A stretch of 64,000 nucleotides of DNA. Source: Bdellovibrionales bacterium (GTDB lineage Bacteria; Bdellovibrionota; Bdellovibrionia; Bdellovibrionales; UBA1609). Of this stretch, positions 38,702 to 48,484 are shown one piece after another. The number at the start of each line of letters is the position of its first letter. Within the stretch, counting starts at the first letter, position 1. The translations under genes were made by a program, and so were the position numbers. A model generated the notes under the pieces. The model was not told the origin of the DNA. It saw only the letters and a program-made list of their open reading frames with translations, and searched no databases. The stretch spans positions 15,102 through 79,101 of the forward strand of contig JAWLHR010000015.1 of assembly GCA_041690295.1 (NCBI GenBank). The letters run 5' to 3'.

Positions 38702-41221
38702 ATGCGAGCAAAAGTTGCGGATCCGAATCGAAGATTCAACGGGGGAATTCGGAATCAGCGCGGTAACCTGCCGATCATATTGAGTTCTTTAATGGGCGCG
38801 GTTGTGATTTTGTTCGCTGGAATCAATAATCTCGCCCATATAACTCGCGATCTGAACCGCCGGACCAGTATTCAACAAAGCTATCAAGCCGCTTTGAACA
38901 GTGTTCTGAATTATGTTCGATCGGCTCTTAAGATGCGATGGTGTTTCAGGCCCGACTTCGATCAAGACAGTCCAGCTCAATGTCATTTGGCGCATCCCCG
39001 GTCCACCGAGCGATTGCTGGTGACCACCGATCAGATGGCTTATTTCGATGCGATGAAAGCGATCGATCCTTCCATGCCGCTGGGAAACCCGATCCGCTTG
39101 GACCGGATTCACGGCGTGCTCAAGGTGAGCGACCTTCCCGATGCGCACCCGCTTAAACCCATGTTTTCAACCGTTGAACTTACCGCGATCGAATCCATTG
39201 AAATCGATATTCAGCGGGATGAGACCGCTAACAGCGAAGCGGCGGGAACGGAAACCCACTTGCGAGTTTCCGTGACATTCAAGCCCGCGGATGGCCAAGC
39301 CTTCGCTGATGGTCGCACGATTCTCAAGGCCACTGACCAACTCGCCGTGTACCCCCGCGAACTCAGCATTTTTGGGCTGATCGTGCCGGGCGATTTGATT
39401 TTGGATGGATCGGGCGCGCAGGCCGGAGATGTTTCGATTCCGAACGTGCAAGGTCGGGGTTTGGTGTTTTCCAGTCCCGTTTTTGTCAATCGCAATTTGC
39501 GCTTGCCCGAAGGTCCGCTAAGAGGCGTTCATTTCGGTGATCAGATTGTGATGGGGCGGGGAATTGTGTTTCAGGGCGGTCGGCCCGCGGGCACGACGCT
39601 CAAGGGATCGGTTGAAGATCGCACCTACGCGGCACTTGGGTTGCAGAGGGGAATCAAGATCGATGGCGAGTTGGATATGGGACTCGAGGTTTTCTCGGGC
39701 CGGTCTCCGAGTGAACAATTGGACACTCAGAATTTTCAAAGTTGTTTGAAAGTGAACGCGGCTCGGTTCGAACTTGAAGCCACCAAAGACGCGACGCTGT
39801 TAGTGAAAAGTTTAAGTGAAGGACAATTCCGTTTGGCGTGGAGTCACATGGACTACTTCGAGCCGCAAAACGTGAAGGCGTCGGCCAGCGCGAGCGGGAA
39901 CTTCTTGAAGCAGCCGAAGTTGGACGCGAAAGGTAACGATAAACCCATCGTGCGGGTGTTGGTGAAGTACGATATTGGACCCACGGTGACCGCCTACATG
40001 GCCCGAGGGAACACGCTTACGATTTCACAACCCAACATTTCCTTCGGTAAAGGCAACCAAGGGCAAGGCAACCAAGGTCAGGGAAATCAGGGACAGGGTA
40101 ATCAAGGGCAGGGCAATCAAGGCCAAGGCCAGGGTAATCAAGGTCAAGGTAACCAGGGTGATGATGAAGCCAAGGAGGCCGAGAAGCAGTTCAAGGAGAA
40201 CGCCGGCGAATTGATCATTCAATTAAAAGAAGTGGTTGAGAATGGAAACGCACAGTCCAATCAAGCCGATTTGGAAATTGAACTGAAGAACAGGGATTTT
40301 TTCGCCTCGGCCGTCACGGTTGAAGTGATGGGATATGATATCGGCTACATGAACGCGAGCCAACTGCGGGCCGCCCCTGTCACCTTGGGGAAGTTCGCTA
40401 ATGTGGCCACGCTACGCTATGGCATCACGATGGGAAAATTCTTCGGTAGTGTCTCCCTTGAACTGTCTTATCCAAATACCTTCACCCGTGCCGACCGGGC
40501 GAATCCAGGTCCGGAGGATCTGGAGGTCAACACCGATTGGGAAGGCCTCTCCCAAAAATGCGACGCCGATGAAACGGATCAGGGATATGCGTTCCAGCCG
40601 GTCAACTGGAGCGGTGCCTTCACCGGGTCCACCCGGTTCTCCTGGTCGGTGCGCGAGCCCGCCGCCCTGCCCACGGGATTTCTCTTGGATCAGAACAACG
40701 CCCGCTCGCAAGGCGCGGTGAAACCCCAGTTTCATGTGCGCTCCATCGAACCCCGGTGCACGGTCCAATCGAGCGCCAATTTCGTCGCCGGATTTTTTGT
40801 TTGTGATCAATTCATCATTCAACCCCGCACACAACCCCTGCGCATCACGGGCACGGTGATCGCCAAACAAATGTTCATCGACGCCAGCGCGATTCGCGCG
40901 GGAATCCGCTGGTCCAATATTTATGATCCCGCGGCGGTTTTGGATCTGCGCCAGGCGGGCATTCTGGCGTCCAGATTTTCGGCCAATGCGCCGAGCTGCA
41001 ATCCCACGTTCGATAATCCCTTGTGGCATCCCGTGGCCACCATCGCCATGCGGGATGACCGGTACAGCTGCAACTCCGTTTCCTTGCGCGATCAATTCGA
41101 CAATATCCGATGGACGACCGTGGATCCCGACTGCGGTTTAATCTCCGGCGCTTACACCACCACCTGTAAACGTCGGGCGAATCGCTATGTGATTAAGGAG
41201 CTGGAACGGTACTATGAATGA
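38702..41221 (+). CDS. Large PilX/GspK-like prepilin-type protein (839 aa)
   Basis: NQRG^NLPIILSSLMGAVVILF class III signal without Glu5; Cys-rich C-terminus; coupled to two pilin genes. Confidence 0.65.
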   Translation: MRAKVADPNRRFNGGIRNQRGNLPIILSSLMGAVVILFAGINNLAHITRDLNRRTSIQQSYQAALNSVLNYVRSALKMRWCFRPDFDQDSPAQCHLAHPRSTERLLVTTDQMAYFDAMKAIDPSMPLGNPIRLDRIHGVLKVSDLPDAHPLKPMFSTVELTAIESIEIDIQRDETANSEAAGTETHLRVSVTFKPADGQAFADGRTILKATDQLAVYPRELSIFGLIVPGDLILDGSGAQAGDVSIPNVQGRGLVFSSPVFVNRNLRLPEGPLRGVHFGDQIVMGRGIVFQGGRPAGTTLKGSVEDRTYAALGLQRGIKIDGELDMGLEVFSGRSPSEQLDTQNFQSCLKVNAARFELEATKDATLLVKSLSEGQFRLAWSHMDYFEPQNVKASASASGNFLKQPKLDAKGNDKPIVRVLVKYDIGPTVTAYMARGNTLTISQPNISFGKGNQGQGNQGQGNQGQGNQGQGNQGQGQGNQGQGNQGDDEAKEAEKQFKENAGELIIQLKEVVENGNAQSNQADLEIELKNRDFFASAVTVEVMGYDIGYMNASQLRAAPVTLGKFANVATLRYGITMGKFFGSVSLELSYPNTFTRADRANPGPEDLEVNTDWEGLSQKCDADETDQGYAFQPVNWSGAFTGSTRFSWSVREPAALPTGFLLDQNNARSQGAVKPQFHVRSIEPRCTVQSSANFVAGFFVCDQFIIQPRTQPLRITGTVIAKQMFIDASAIRAGIRWSNIYDPAAVLDLRQAGILASRFSANAPSCNPTFDNPLWHPVATIAMRDDRYSCNSVSLRDQFDNIRWTTVDPDCGLISGAYTTTCKRRANRYVIKELERYYE
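40052..40159 (+). repeat. Coding tandem repeat, (GNQGQ) x about 7
   Basis: GNQGQGNQGQGNQGQGNQGQGNQGQGQGNQGQGNQG; 15-nt units differ at synonymous positions. Confidence 0.9.
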
Positions 41222-41651
41222 TCAAAAAGGTTTCACCTTGGTCGGCGTTTTAATCGCCAGCGTGATTATCTGCACGATCGCCTTCGGTGCGACCGAACTC
41301 ATTCGCGTCAACGCGGCATTGTTGGCCAAAACCAAACAGCAGCGTGAAATGGCCCGGGTGATCGGCAATGTCCTTAACCACGTGATTGAAAATCTCGCGA
41401 GCCTTCAGCGCACGTTCGAGACCTCGGTTTCGACTCGCGAAGCGTTGTTGCGCGAAGACCGGCTGCCGTTCGCCTGGGACCAGTCCAGCGTGGTTCCCGC
41501 CGAACAATGTCCCACCTGTCCGGGACGGATGGGCTACATCATTGAACCGCTTCCGGGCCGACCCAGTTTCAGCCGGCTCACGATTCGCATCACCAACGCG
41601 TATTTGTTTCAGGGATACAGGGATTATGTGTACATCCTCGCCGACGATTAA
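41214..41651 (+). CDS. Minor pilin/pseudopilin (PilV/GspI-like)
   Basis: MNDQKG^FTLVGVLIASVII; Gly instead of Glu at +5; CPTC. Confidence 0.8.
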   Translation: MNDQKGFTLVGVLIASVIICTIAFGATELIRVNAALLAKTKQQREMARVIGNVLNHVIENLASLQRTFETSVSTREALLREDRLPFAWDQSSVVPAEQCPTCPGRMGYIIEPLPGRPSFSRLTIRITNAYLFQGYRDYVYILADD

Positions 41652-42606
41652 AAACCGCAACGGATGGACGATCATGGAGATCGTCATCGCCACGGCCATT
41701 TTTTGTGGGATCGTGTTCTTGACCATGTCGGTGAACATGATGGTTCAGAAAAACGCCGCGCGGTTGAGCAAAGGAGTGGACGCGCAGCTTGATCTGGCGC
41801 TTTTGGATCGTGATTTATCCGCCGATCTGGATAGCATCACGCCCTCACTGGGCAACTTGAAAGTGAAGGATCTCAACGGCAACGACTTTTTTGAGTACTT
41901 CGGCGGACCAACCTCACCCAACTCCCCCAACGCTAATCGCGAAACCGTCCTTGAGCTGAGCGCGACGGGGACAATGGTTTTTGAATTCATCATGGAACTC
42001 GCGACGGCGGGTTCAGCCCGGAATTTTGCGCCGGCGCAAGCTTACTCTTACGCGCTCAATCCGGGAAGCCTGATCACGCCGGCGAGCTTGTCTTATAACG
42101 GGGTCAACGCGAAAAGCTTTTTCACCAACCATTTTTCCAACCATTGGGAGGCCAAGGGGCATTTCCTTTTGTATTCGCCGGGCCTGGTTCCGGATCTCGC
42201 CTCGGGGAAACCCATCGAAGACGCGCCCTCTCGTTTCTACTCCATTCTTGGGATCAGCACGGGAACGGACCTCACGCCCGATACGTTGAGCGGCCTTTTC
42301 AACGACTCTCATCCCACCATCACCGGGAAAACAATCAGATCCATTGACGAATACCTTCGGTTTCTTCCGGCCCTTGGCGGAGCCATGACCCAAGTGGTGG
42401 TCGTTCCCGTCCAAGTGGTGAGGTATCGCTTCGAACCTGATCAAAGCGGAGTCACGGGACGTCTGTTTCGAGGTGTGCGATCGGCCAACGGTTATGAGCA
42501 GGAACGGCTGATCGGGGCCAACATAAGACAGGTCCGGTTCCGCAGGCCTCGCGTGAGTTCGCGTCGACTCGAATTTCAAATCCAACTAGGGGGAGCTACA
42601 AATTGA
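41626..42606 (+). CDS. Minor pilin/pseudopilin (PilW/GspJ-like)
   Basis: KNRNG^WTIMEIVIATAIFCGIV with Glu5; ATG 41626 overlaps the upstream pilin gene. Confidence 0.8.
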   Translation: MCTSSPTIKNRNGWTIMEIVIATAIFCGIVFLTMSVNMMVQKNAARLSKGVDAQLDLALLDRDLSADLDSITPSLGNLKVKDLNGNDFFEYFGGPTSPNSPNANRETVLELSATGTMVFEFIMELATAGSARNFAPAQAYSYALNPGSLITPASLSYNGVNAKSFFTNHFSNHWEAKGHFLLYSPGLVPDLASGKPIEDAPSRFYSILGISTGTDLTPDTLSGLFNDSHPTITGKTIRSIDEYLRFLPALGGAMTQVVVVPVQVVRYRFEPDQSGVTGRLFRGVRSANGYEQERLIGANIRQVRFRRPRVSSRRLEFQIQLGGATN

Positions 42607-43703
42607 AAGCCTTATTATTTTTCTTCGTACTTCCCGCCTTCGCGGGACAACCCGTTTCCATCACTTCAAAAGATCTTCTCATGTTGAACGACGTCAGCTT
42701 CTCGGGTCAGCCTATCGATAGTGACGCCTTTTCCATCGACATGAAGGTTTCGTGCTTCGGCACGAACCTACGGGCGGTTTCCAATCCACTGGTTCTGAGT
42801 TCGAACGTGAAAACGACACTTGTCCTGGCCAAGAAAGACGGATCGACGGGGCAGGTGAATTTTCAGTGGAAAGCGGTCGCGGTTCGCGACGGCGTCCAAC
42901 CGGCCGAGTCCGTCGCGGTCACCGTGAGCCCGCCGGGATTCCTAGGTAGCGCGGTCGGGGCGGCCCAAGGGAATTCAATCGTATTGGCCTTCGGCCAGAG
43001 TGCGGGCATTCAGTCGCTGAAGAAGGCGACGTTCGAACAAATTCCCGTTCCTCCGCAAGCCGGTTCAAAGCCGCTGGTGATCGGAAAAGAGGGGCCGCTT
43101 AAAGCCAATCTCACGTACAATTTCAGCGCGAGCGGACGAACGCTCTATATCGCGGCCTCATTCCCCGGCGCGATTGGTTCGTGCGATGGAGCCTTTTATT
43201 CGCCCCTCATGGTGTTCTTCAGTTCGAAGAGGCCGCAACTTGGAGCCAAGGTCGAGTTTCCTCTGCATCCGCACGAGAAGAAATTCTACTGGCCGGAAGG
43301 ATCACCGGATTGGGCGTTCCTGGTCTTGGACCGCAACGGTAACGGCAAAATCGATTCCGGTGAGGAGATGTTCGGAGAAAGCAATCGGTTCAAAAACGGC
43401 TTTGAGGCCCTGAAGGAGTTCGATATGAACAAGGACGGAAAGATCGACAAGAAAGACGCCGTGTTTTCCAAGCTCCGGCTTTGGTTCGATCGAAACGCCA
43501 ACGGCAAGACCGACTCCGGCGAGTTGGTGCCGCTTGAGGAAAAGACGATCGTCGAAATTGATTTGAAATATTCCAAATCCAAAGAAAGCTACCTCGGAAA
43601 ACGGGGCGAGTTGCGCGAACACTCGACGGTCAAGCTGGCGTCGGGCCAAGCGGATATCGTGGACGTTTGGTTAGGGTCCGTTAAAGAAAAGGGGGAGAAA
43701 TGA
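42603..43703 (+). CDS. Secreted Ca-binding protein with an FrpC self-processing-module-like C-terminal domain
   Basis: Sec signal; YSPL..., FLVLDRNGNGKIDSGEEMFG, NGFEALKEFDMNKDGKID..DAVFSKLRLWFDRNANG....GEL. Confidence 0.75.
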   Translation: MKALLFFFVLPAFAGQPVSITSKDLLMLNDVSFSGQPIDSDAFSIDMKVSCFGTNLRAVSNPLVLSSNVKTTLVLAKKDGSTGQVNFQWKAVAVRDGVQPAESVAVTVSPPGFLGSAVGAAQGNSIVLAFGQSAGIQSLKKATFEQIPVPPQAGSKPLVIGKEGPLKANLTYNFSASGRTLYIAASFPGAIGSCDGAFYSPLMVFFSSKRPQLGAKVEFPLHPHEKKFYWPEGSPDWAFLVLDRNGNGKIDSGEEMFGESNRFKNGFEALKEFDMNKDGKIDKKDAVFSKLRLWFDRNANGKTDSGELVPLEEKTIVEIDLKYSKSKESYLGKRGELREHSTVKLASGQADIVDVWLGSVKEKGEK

Positions 43704-44104
43704 GCGAGCGAAGGAGTAAAATCAAAAGCGTCTTTATTGATCCCAAACTTCAGGTCCGTTATGGCGCCTTGTTCATGGCGGTTTCCATCTTGGTCCATTC
43801 GGTGGTGACGGTGATCATCGTTACCCTTTATAGCGCGAATATGAACTCCGCCACCCCCATTCCCTTTCCCATCATGGTCGCGATTCTGGTGGTGTTATAT
43901 CTCGTGATTTACGGATTTTCGTTCGTTCTCGGTTTTTTGATCACGCACCAACTTTACGGACCGCTGATTCGCATCGAAAATTATCTGACGAGCTGGAAAA
44001 ACGGGGAGAACCCCGGGGAACTCGCGCTTCGGGCGGGAGATGATAAGCGCGTGCAATCAATCGTCCAGCTACTCAATGATATTCTAAAAACACGGTCCCA
44101 TTAG
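43700..44104 (+). CDS. Small two-TM membrane protein with a HAMP-like tail
   Basis: FIDPKLQVRY, two TM helices, ITHQLYGPLIRI...LALRAGD. Confidence 0.7.
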   Translation: MSERRSKIKSVFIDPKLQVRYGALFMAVSILVHSVVTVIIVTLYSANMNSATPIPFPIMVAILVVLYLVIYGFSFVLGFLITHQLYGPLIRIENYLTSWKNGENPGELALRAGDDKRVQSIVQLLNDILKTRSH

Positions 44105-44125
44105 CTCCGGAGAGTGGGGCGGTTC

Positions 44126-44650
44126 TTAAGGCTTCTCTTTTGGCGGCCAGTTCGGACCCAGATCGAGCGGCCAACCCGGCAGATCGTCGCTAAAGCGCAG
44201 AGTTTCGCGCTTCATCGTTCCACCTGACGGGCGCTCTTGGGGTTCGGCGGAGTTTACGGCTCCCGCCATCAACTTCGCCACGGTGATCGTGTTGACGACA
44301 TCCGGGCGCGAAATCTTAACTAACTCTTCCAATTGGGTGAGCTTTTGCTCCACGATCTCCGCCGAAACTCTGTAGTTCGCGCGGATCTCGGCCACGAGGG
44401 TCTCCAAAGTCTCAAGAAGTTCATAAACCGGCAGCACGCCGGGATTGATCTGACCCGAGGGGCTTGCGACTTCATTGAGGTCAGCCCGCCACTCCGCGAT
44501 TTGCAGGGCCAGTTCATTCACCTTATCTTCCACCATCGGATTTATAAGATAGGGCTCGCAAGATTTTGAATGACCGGATCGTTTGGGTGGAACGGCCAAT
44601 GCGGGTGCGCTAAACGTAAACAGAAGTATAATTAATACAACTCTTTGCAT
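44126..44650 (-). CDS. Hypothetical secreted helical protein
   Basis: Signal peptide ending APALA; GAGGAG RBS; SCEPYL shortly after the signal. Confidence 0.7.
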   Translation of the reverse strand: MQRVVLIILLFTFSAPALAVPPKRSGHSKSCEPYLINPMVEDKVNELALQIAEWRADLNEVASPSGQINPGVLPVYELLETLETLVAEIRANYRVSAEIVEQKLTQLEELVKISRPDVVNTITVAKLMAGAVNSAEPQERPSGGTMKRETLRFSDDLPGWPLDLGPNWPPKEKP

Positions 44651-44713
44651 ATTCTCGGCTCCTCGCGGACTTGGGGAACCTTACTACAATTTATATGCCT
44701 TTTGGGGAAAAAA

Positions 44714-45655
44714 TCAGGCCGCCGACTTGAGCTTCTGGAATATGGCGACCAAGGCCTTTAAAACTTCCGGATCATAGCGGCCACCCAGCTTTCCAGTCAT
44801 CAGATCGATGGCGTCAGTCGGTAGCATGGGATCATTGTATGAACGCTTCGTTGTTAAAGCATCGTATGTGTCCGCCACCGAAACCACGCGCGCCATCGGG
44901 TGAATTTCGTCGGCGGTGAGCTGCTGAGGATAGCCATTGCCTTGCATGCTCTCGTGGTGTTCAAAGGCGCAGGCCATGATGTTCTGAGTGGAGTTATGTT
45001 CGGCGAGAATTTGCAGCCCATACTGGGGATGCTTCTGCATTTCACTCCATTCCTCGTCGGTGAGCGGTCCCGCTTTACAAATGATATCCAAAGAGATGTA
45101 GCGTTTGCCGATGTCGTGAAAAAGGCCACCAAGCCCAAGTTCTTTAAGATCGTTTCCGCTAAAGCCCACGAATTGACCAAGACCCAATGAATAGATGCTC
45201 ACATCGATGGAGTGATTGTAGGTGTAAAAGTCGTGGCTCGAAAGTCCGATCAAATTCACCATGGCCGCGGCGTCCGAATCCATGAAGGCCACGAAATCGT
45301 CCACCACTTGACGGGCGTCGCGCAGGGCGTTTTCGATGTCCGGCCGCTCGAAAAGTTCCTCCACCAAAACCATCGTGCTTTCGCGAAGCAGTGTGGCTTT
45401 TTGTTTGGTGTCCAGTTCGTCGGACATCAGTCCGTCACGGACAAAATTCTGATAATTGGCGCGCTCGGAAGCGAGGATATAAAACTGCTCGGGGGCTTTC
45501 TTTTCGAAGTGATCGATCTTGGAAGCGCTGAGTTTATCGCCCGCACGGAGATAGTGGATCAGTCGTCCGCCGATGGAAATAAACAAATCGAACGGTAGGC
45601 TCCGGTGCGGCGGCAAACTTTGGAGCCGGATCTTCATGTACTTCTCGAGACCCAT
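44714..45655 (-). CDS. HD-GYP domain c-di-GMP phosphodiesterase
   Basis: YTYNHS, HDIGK, HHE..QGNGYP, VADTYDALTT.RSY; start 45655 or 45637. Confidence 0.92.
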   Translation of the reverse strand: MGLEKYMKIRLQSLPPHRSLPFDLFISIGGRLIHYLRAGDKLSASKIDHFEKKAPEQFYILASERANYQNFVRDGLMSDELDTKQKATLLRESTMVLVEELFERPDIENALRDARQVVDDFVAFMDSDAAAMVNLIGLSSHDFYTYNHSIDVSIYSLGLGQFVGFSGNDLKELGLGGLFHDIGKRYISLDIICKAGPLTDEEWSEMQKHPQYGLQILAEHNSTQNIMACAFEHHESMQGNGYPQQLTADEIHPMARVVSVADTYDALTTKRSYNDPMLPTDAIDLMTGKLGGRYDPEVLKALVAIFQKLKSAA

Positions 45656-45718
45656 GAGCAAATTGTGCCATGCTTTTATTGACTCTCCAATCAAAGATGG
45701 CATGTTAAAAAATCCGAA

Positions 45719-47785
45719 ATGGCCGTGCAATTTGACACTGACATTCAATTCGTCAAAGGGGTTGGCCCAAAGTTGGGTGATCTCTTCCGCCGTAAAGGCA
45801 TTTCGCGGGTTCAGGATTTAATCGAGTTTTATCCAAGAACTTACGAGGATCGCCGTGCGGTCCGGCACATCCAGTCTTTGGTCCCGGACCAGCTGGTGAG
45901 TATCAAGGCCCGCATCTTAAAAGTCCGCTCGATCCCGATGGGACGATCCCATCGGCGGATTTATGAAGTGGTGGTTGGTGACACCACGGGACGGATTTCG
46001 TGCAAATTCTTTCGCGTGCCGTACCGTGGCTATTTCGAAAGGTTCGAGCCGAACCAGGAAGTCCGGGTGATCGGTAAAGTGACTTTTTATCGGGGCGCTA
46101 AAGAATTCCATCATCCCGAAATTCATCCGATCCAGGCCGATGAGGAAAACGAGAATGATCTGATTCCGGTTTACACCGAAATCGAAGGATTGAGTTCGTC
46201 ACGCATCGGACGGCTCGTGCAGACGGTGATTGATAAGCCCATTCCCGAAACACTTCCGGCGTGGGTGAGGGAGAAATACGGACTTTTAAGTTTAAGTCAG
46301 GCGCTCAAGGAGATTCACGACCCGCCGCTGGATCAAGCGGATCTTTATTTGAAAATGCAGGCGCCGGCGCAACGGCGGATCATTTTCGACGAGTTCTTCA
46401 CCGTGGAACTTCACTTGGCCTTGAAGCGAGCGGGGATCGAGCGCGAAAAAGCGGAACCGATTTTATCAAACGGTGAATTCGCCAAGCGTCTTTCGGAAAG
46501 TTTGGAGTTCCAACTGACCGGCGCGCAACAACGGGCCTACTCGGAAATTGTCAGTGATTTGCGAAAACCCCATCCCATGCACCGTCTGGTGCAAGGCGAT
46601 GTGGGTAGCGGTAAAACCTTAGTGGCTTTGATGGCCACGGCTTTCGTGGCGGAAGCCGGCCGTCAAACCGCGCTGATGGTTCCGACGGAAATCCTGGCGG
46701 AACAACATTACCAGAATGCCAAAAATCGTTTGGGCCCGCTTGGCATCAAGAGCGCGCTTCTCACCAGTCAGATCAAGGGCAAAGAGCGCCAGAAAGTGAT
46801 CGAAGCGCTGCAAAGCGGGGAAATTCATTTATGTGTCGGCACTCACGCCTTGATTCAAGATGATGTGGCTTTCAAGAATTTAGGACTTGTGATCGTTGAT
46901 GAGCAGCACCGATTCGGCGTCGAGCAACGGAATAAACTCAAGCATAAGGGCATTTCACCACATTTTTTGGTAATGACCGCCACGCCCATTCCGCGCACGC
47001 TCGCCATGACGGTTTATGGAGACCTCGACGTATCCATCATCGACGAAATGCCAAAGGGTCGTCAGCCGATCGTCACGCGTAAGACGTTCCAAAGCAAACG
47101 TCCGTTGGTGATGAATTTCGTTCGCGATCAGCTCAAAGCCGGACGCCAAGCTTATATCGTTTATCCGTTGGTCGAAGAAAGCGAGACCATGGATTACAAA
47201 AACGCGGTGGAAGAATTCGAAAAAGTGAAACAGGAATTTCCCGAATATCAGGTGGGGCTCCTTCACGGGCGCATGAAACCGGCCGAAAAAGAAGAAATCA
47301 TGAATCGCTTCCGTCGCAACGAGATTCAGATTCTGGTGGCGACGACGGTGATCGAAGTGGGCGTGGATGTGCCCAATGCCAACATCATGGTGATCGAGCA
47401 CGCGGAACGGTTCGGACTCTCACAGCTTCATCAATTGCGTGGTCGCGTGGGCCGAGGATCTTACAAAAGCTATTGCGTGTTGGTGCTGGGATACGCGCTG
47501 ACCGATGAAGCCACTCAACGCGCGGAAATTATGGAGCGCACCAATGATGGATTCAAAATCGCCGAGGCCGATTTGGAAATGCGCGGCCCTGGTGAGTTTC
47601 TGGGCACACGACAAAGCGGACTTCCGGGATTTCGCATGGCCAACCTGGTGCGTGACGCACAAATTCTGAAAGAGGCCCGCGAAGCGGCGTTCACTTTGAT
47701 CGATCGCGATCCCACACTCAGCCACCCCGAACACCAACTTTTGAAAGTGAAATTGGACGACCTTTATAAGCACTGGGTCGGGTAG
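45719..47785 (+). CDS. recG: ATP-dependent DNA helicase RecG
   Basis: VQGDVGSGKT, DEQHRFG, MTATPIPR, QLHQLRGRVGRG, DLEMRGPGE. Confidence 0.98.
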   Translation: MAVQFDTDIQFVKGVGPKLGDLFRRKGISRVQDLIEFYPRTYEDRRAVRHIQSLVPDQLVSIKARILKVRSIPMGRSHRRIYEVVVGDTTGRISCKFFRVPYRGYFERFEPNQEVRVIGKVTFYRGAKEFHHPEIHPIQADEENENDLIPVYTEIEGLSSSRIGRLVQTVIDKPIPETLPAWVREKYGLLSLSQALKEIHDPPLDQADLYLKMQAPAQRRIIFDEFFTVELHLALKRAGIEREKAEPILSNGEFAKRLSESLEFQLTGAQQRAYSEIVSDLRKPHPMHRLVQGDVGSGKTLVALMATAFVAEAGRQTALMVPTEILAEQHYQNAKNRLGPLGIKSALLTSQIKGKERQKVIEALQSGEIHLCVGTHALIQDDVAFKNLGLVIVDEQHRFGVEQRNKLKHKGISPHFLVMTATPIPRTLAMTVYGDLDVSIIDEMPKGRQPIVTRKTFQSKRPLVMNFVRDQLKAGRQAYIVYPLVEESETMDYKNAVEEFEKVKQEFPEYQVGLLHGRMKPAEKEEIMNRFRRNEIQILVATTVIEVGVDVPNANIMVIEHAERFGLSQLHQLRGRVGRGSYKSYCVLVLGYALTDEATQRAEIMERTNDGFKIAEADLEMRGPGEFLGTRQSGLPGFRMANLVRDAQILKEAREAAFTLIDRDPTLSHPEHQLLKVKLDDLYKHWVG

Positions 47786-47936
47786 GTCTCCCACACGGTG
47801 TTTTGAAAAAAATTCAAAGATGGTGCCGAAAATTGTGAATTTGCCCCTGCTTAATTGATTATACGTGTCAAAAATGATAAACAACCTTTCTCAGTGGGGA
47901 CAACCCTTTCAGGGTTTAGGCAATTTGGAGGCGTTC

Positions 47937-48425
47937 ATGGTTTCATTTAAGGTCGGGGATAACGCTGTTTACCCGGGTCACGGGGTCGGTCGTGTTACGG
48001 CGATTGAGACCAAAGAGATCCTCGGCACAAAACACGTCTTCTACAGCATCAACATTCTCGATTCTGGAATGAAAATCATGGTCCCTAAGAATCGCGTGGA
48101 AACCGTGGGCCTCAGACCGATCATTTCGCGCGAAGAAGCCAAAAAAGTGATCGAAATTCTCAAAGAGACCAATGTTAAAATCGACAATCAGACCTGGAAC
48201 CGGCGCTATCGTGAATACATGGAAAAAATCAAAACCGGCTCGGTCTATCAAATTGCCGAAGTTCTGCGCGATCTGTTTTTGCTGAAAGTGGAAAAAGAGC
48301 TGAGTTTCGGCGAACGCAAGATGCTCGACAATGCCCGTCAGCTGCTGTTGCGGGAACTTTCGTTGGCCACGAGCACCGAAGAATTGAAAGCCCAGGAAGA
48401 AGTCCGGGCCATTTTCAATTTGTAA
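47937..48425 (+). CDS. carD: CarD/CdnL family transcription factor
   Basis: FKVGDNAVYPGHGVG, VGLRPII, WNRRYR, LSFGERKML; GGAGG RBS. Confidence 0.95.
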   Translation: MVSFKVGDNAVYPGHGVGRVTAIETKEILGTKHVFYSINILDSGMKIMVPKNRVETVGLRPIISREEAKKVIEILKETNVKIDNQTWNRRYREYMEKIKTGSVYQIAEVLRDLFLLKVEKELSFGERKMLDNARQLLLRELSLATSTEELKAQEEVRAIFNL

Positions 48426-48484
48426 GTCCTTTTTCCCGCCGGGAATTCATTGTAAGATAACGCATTTAATTTCGAGGTCGTCCT

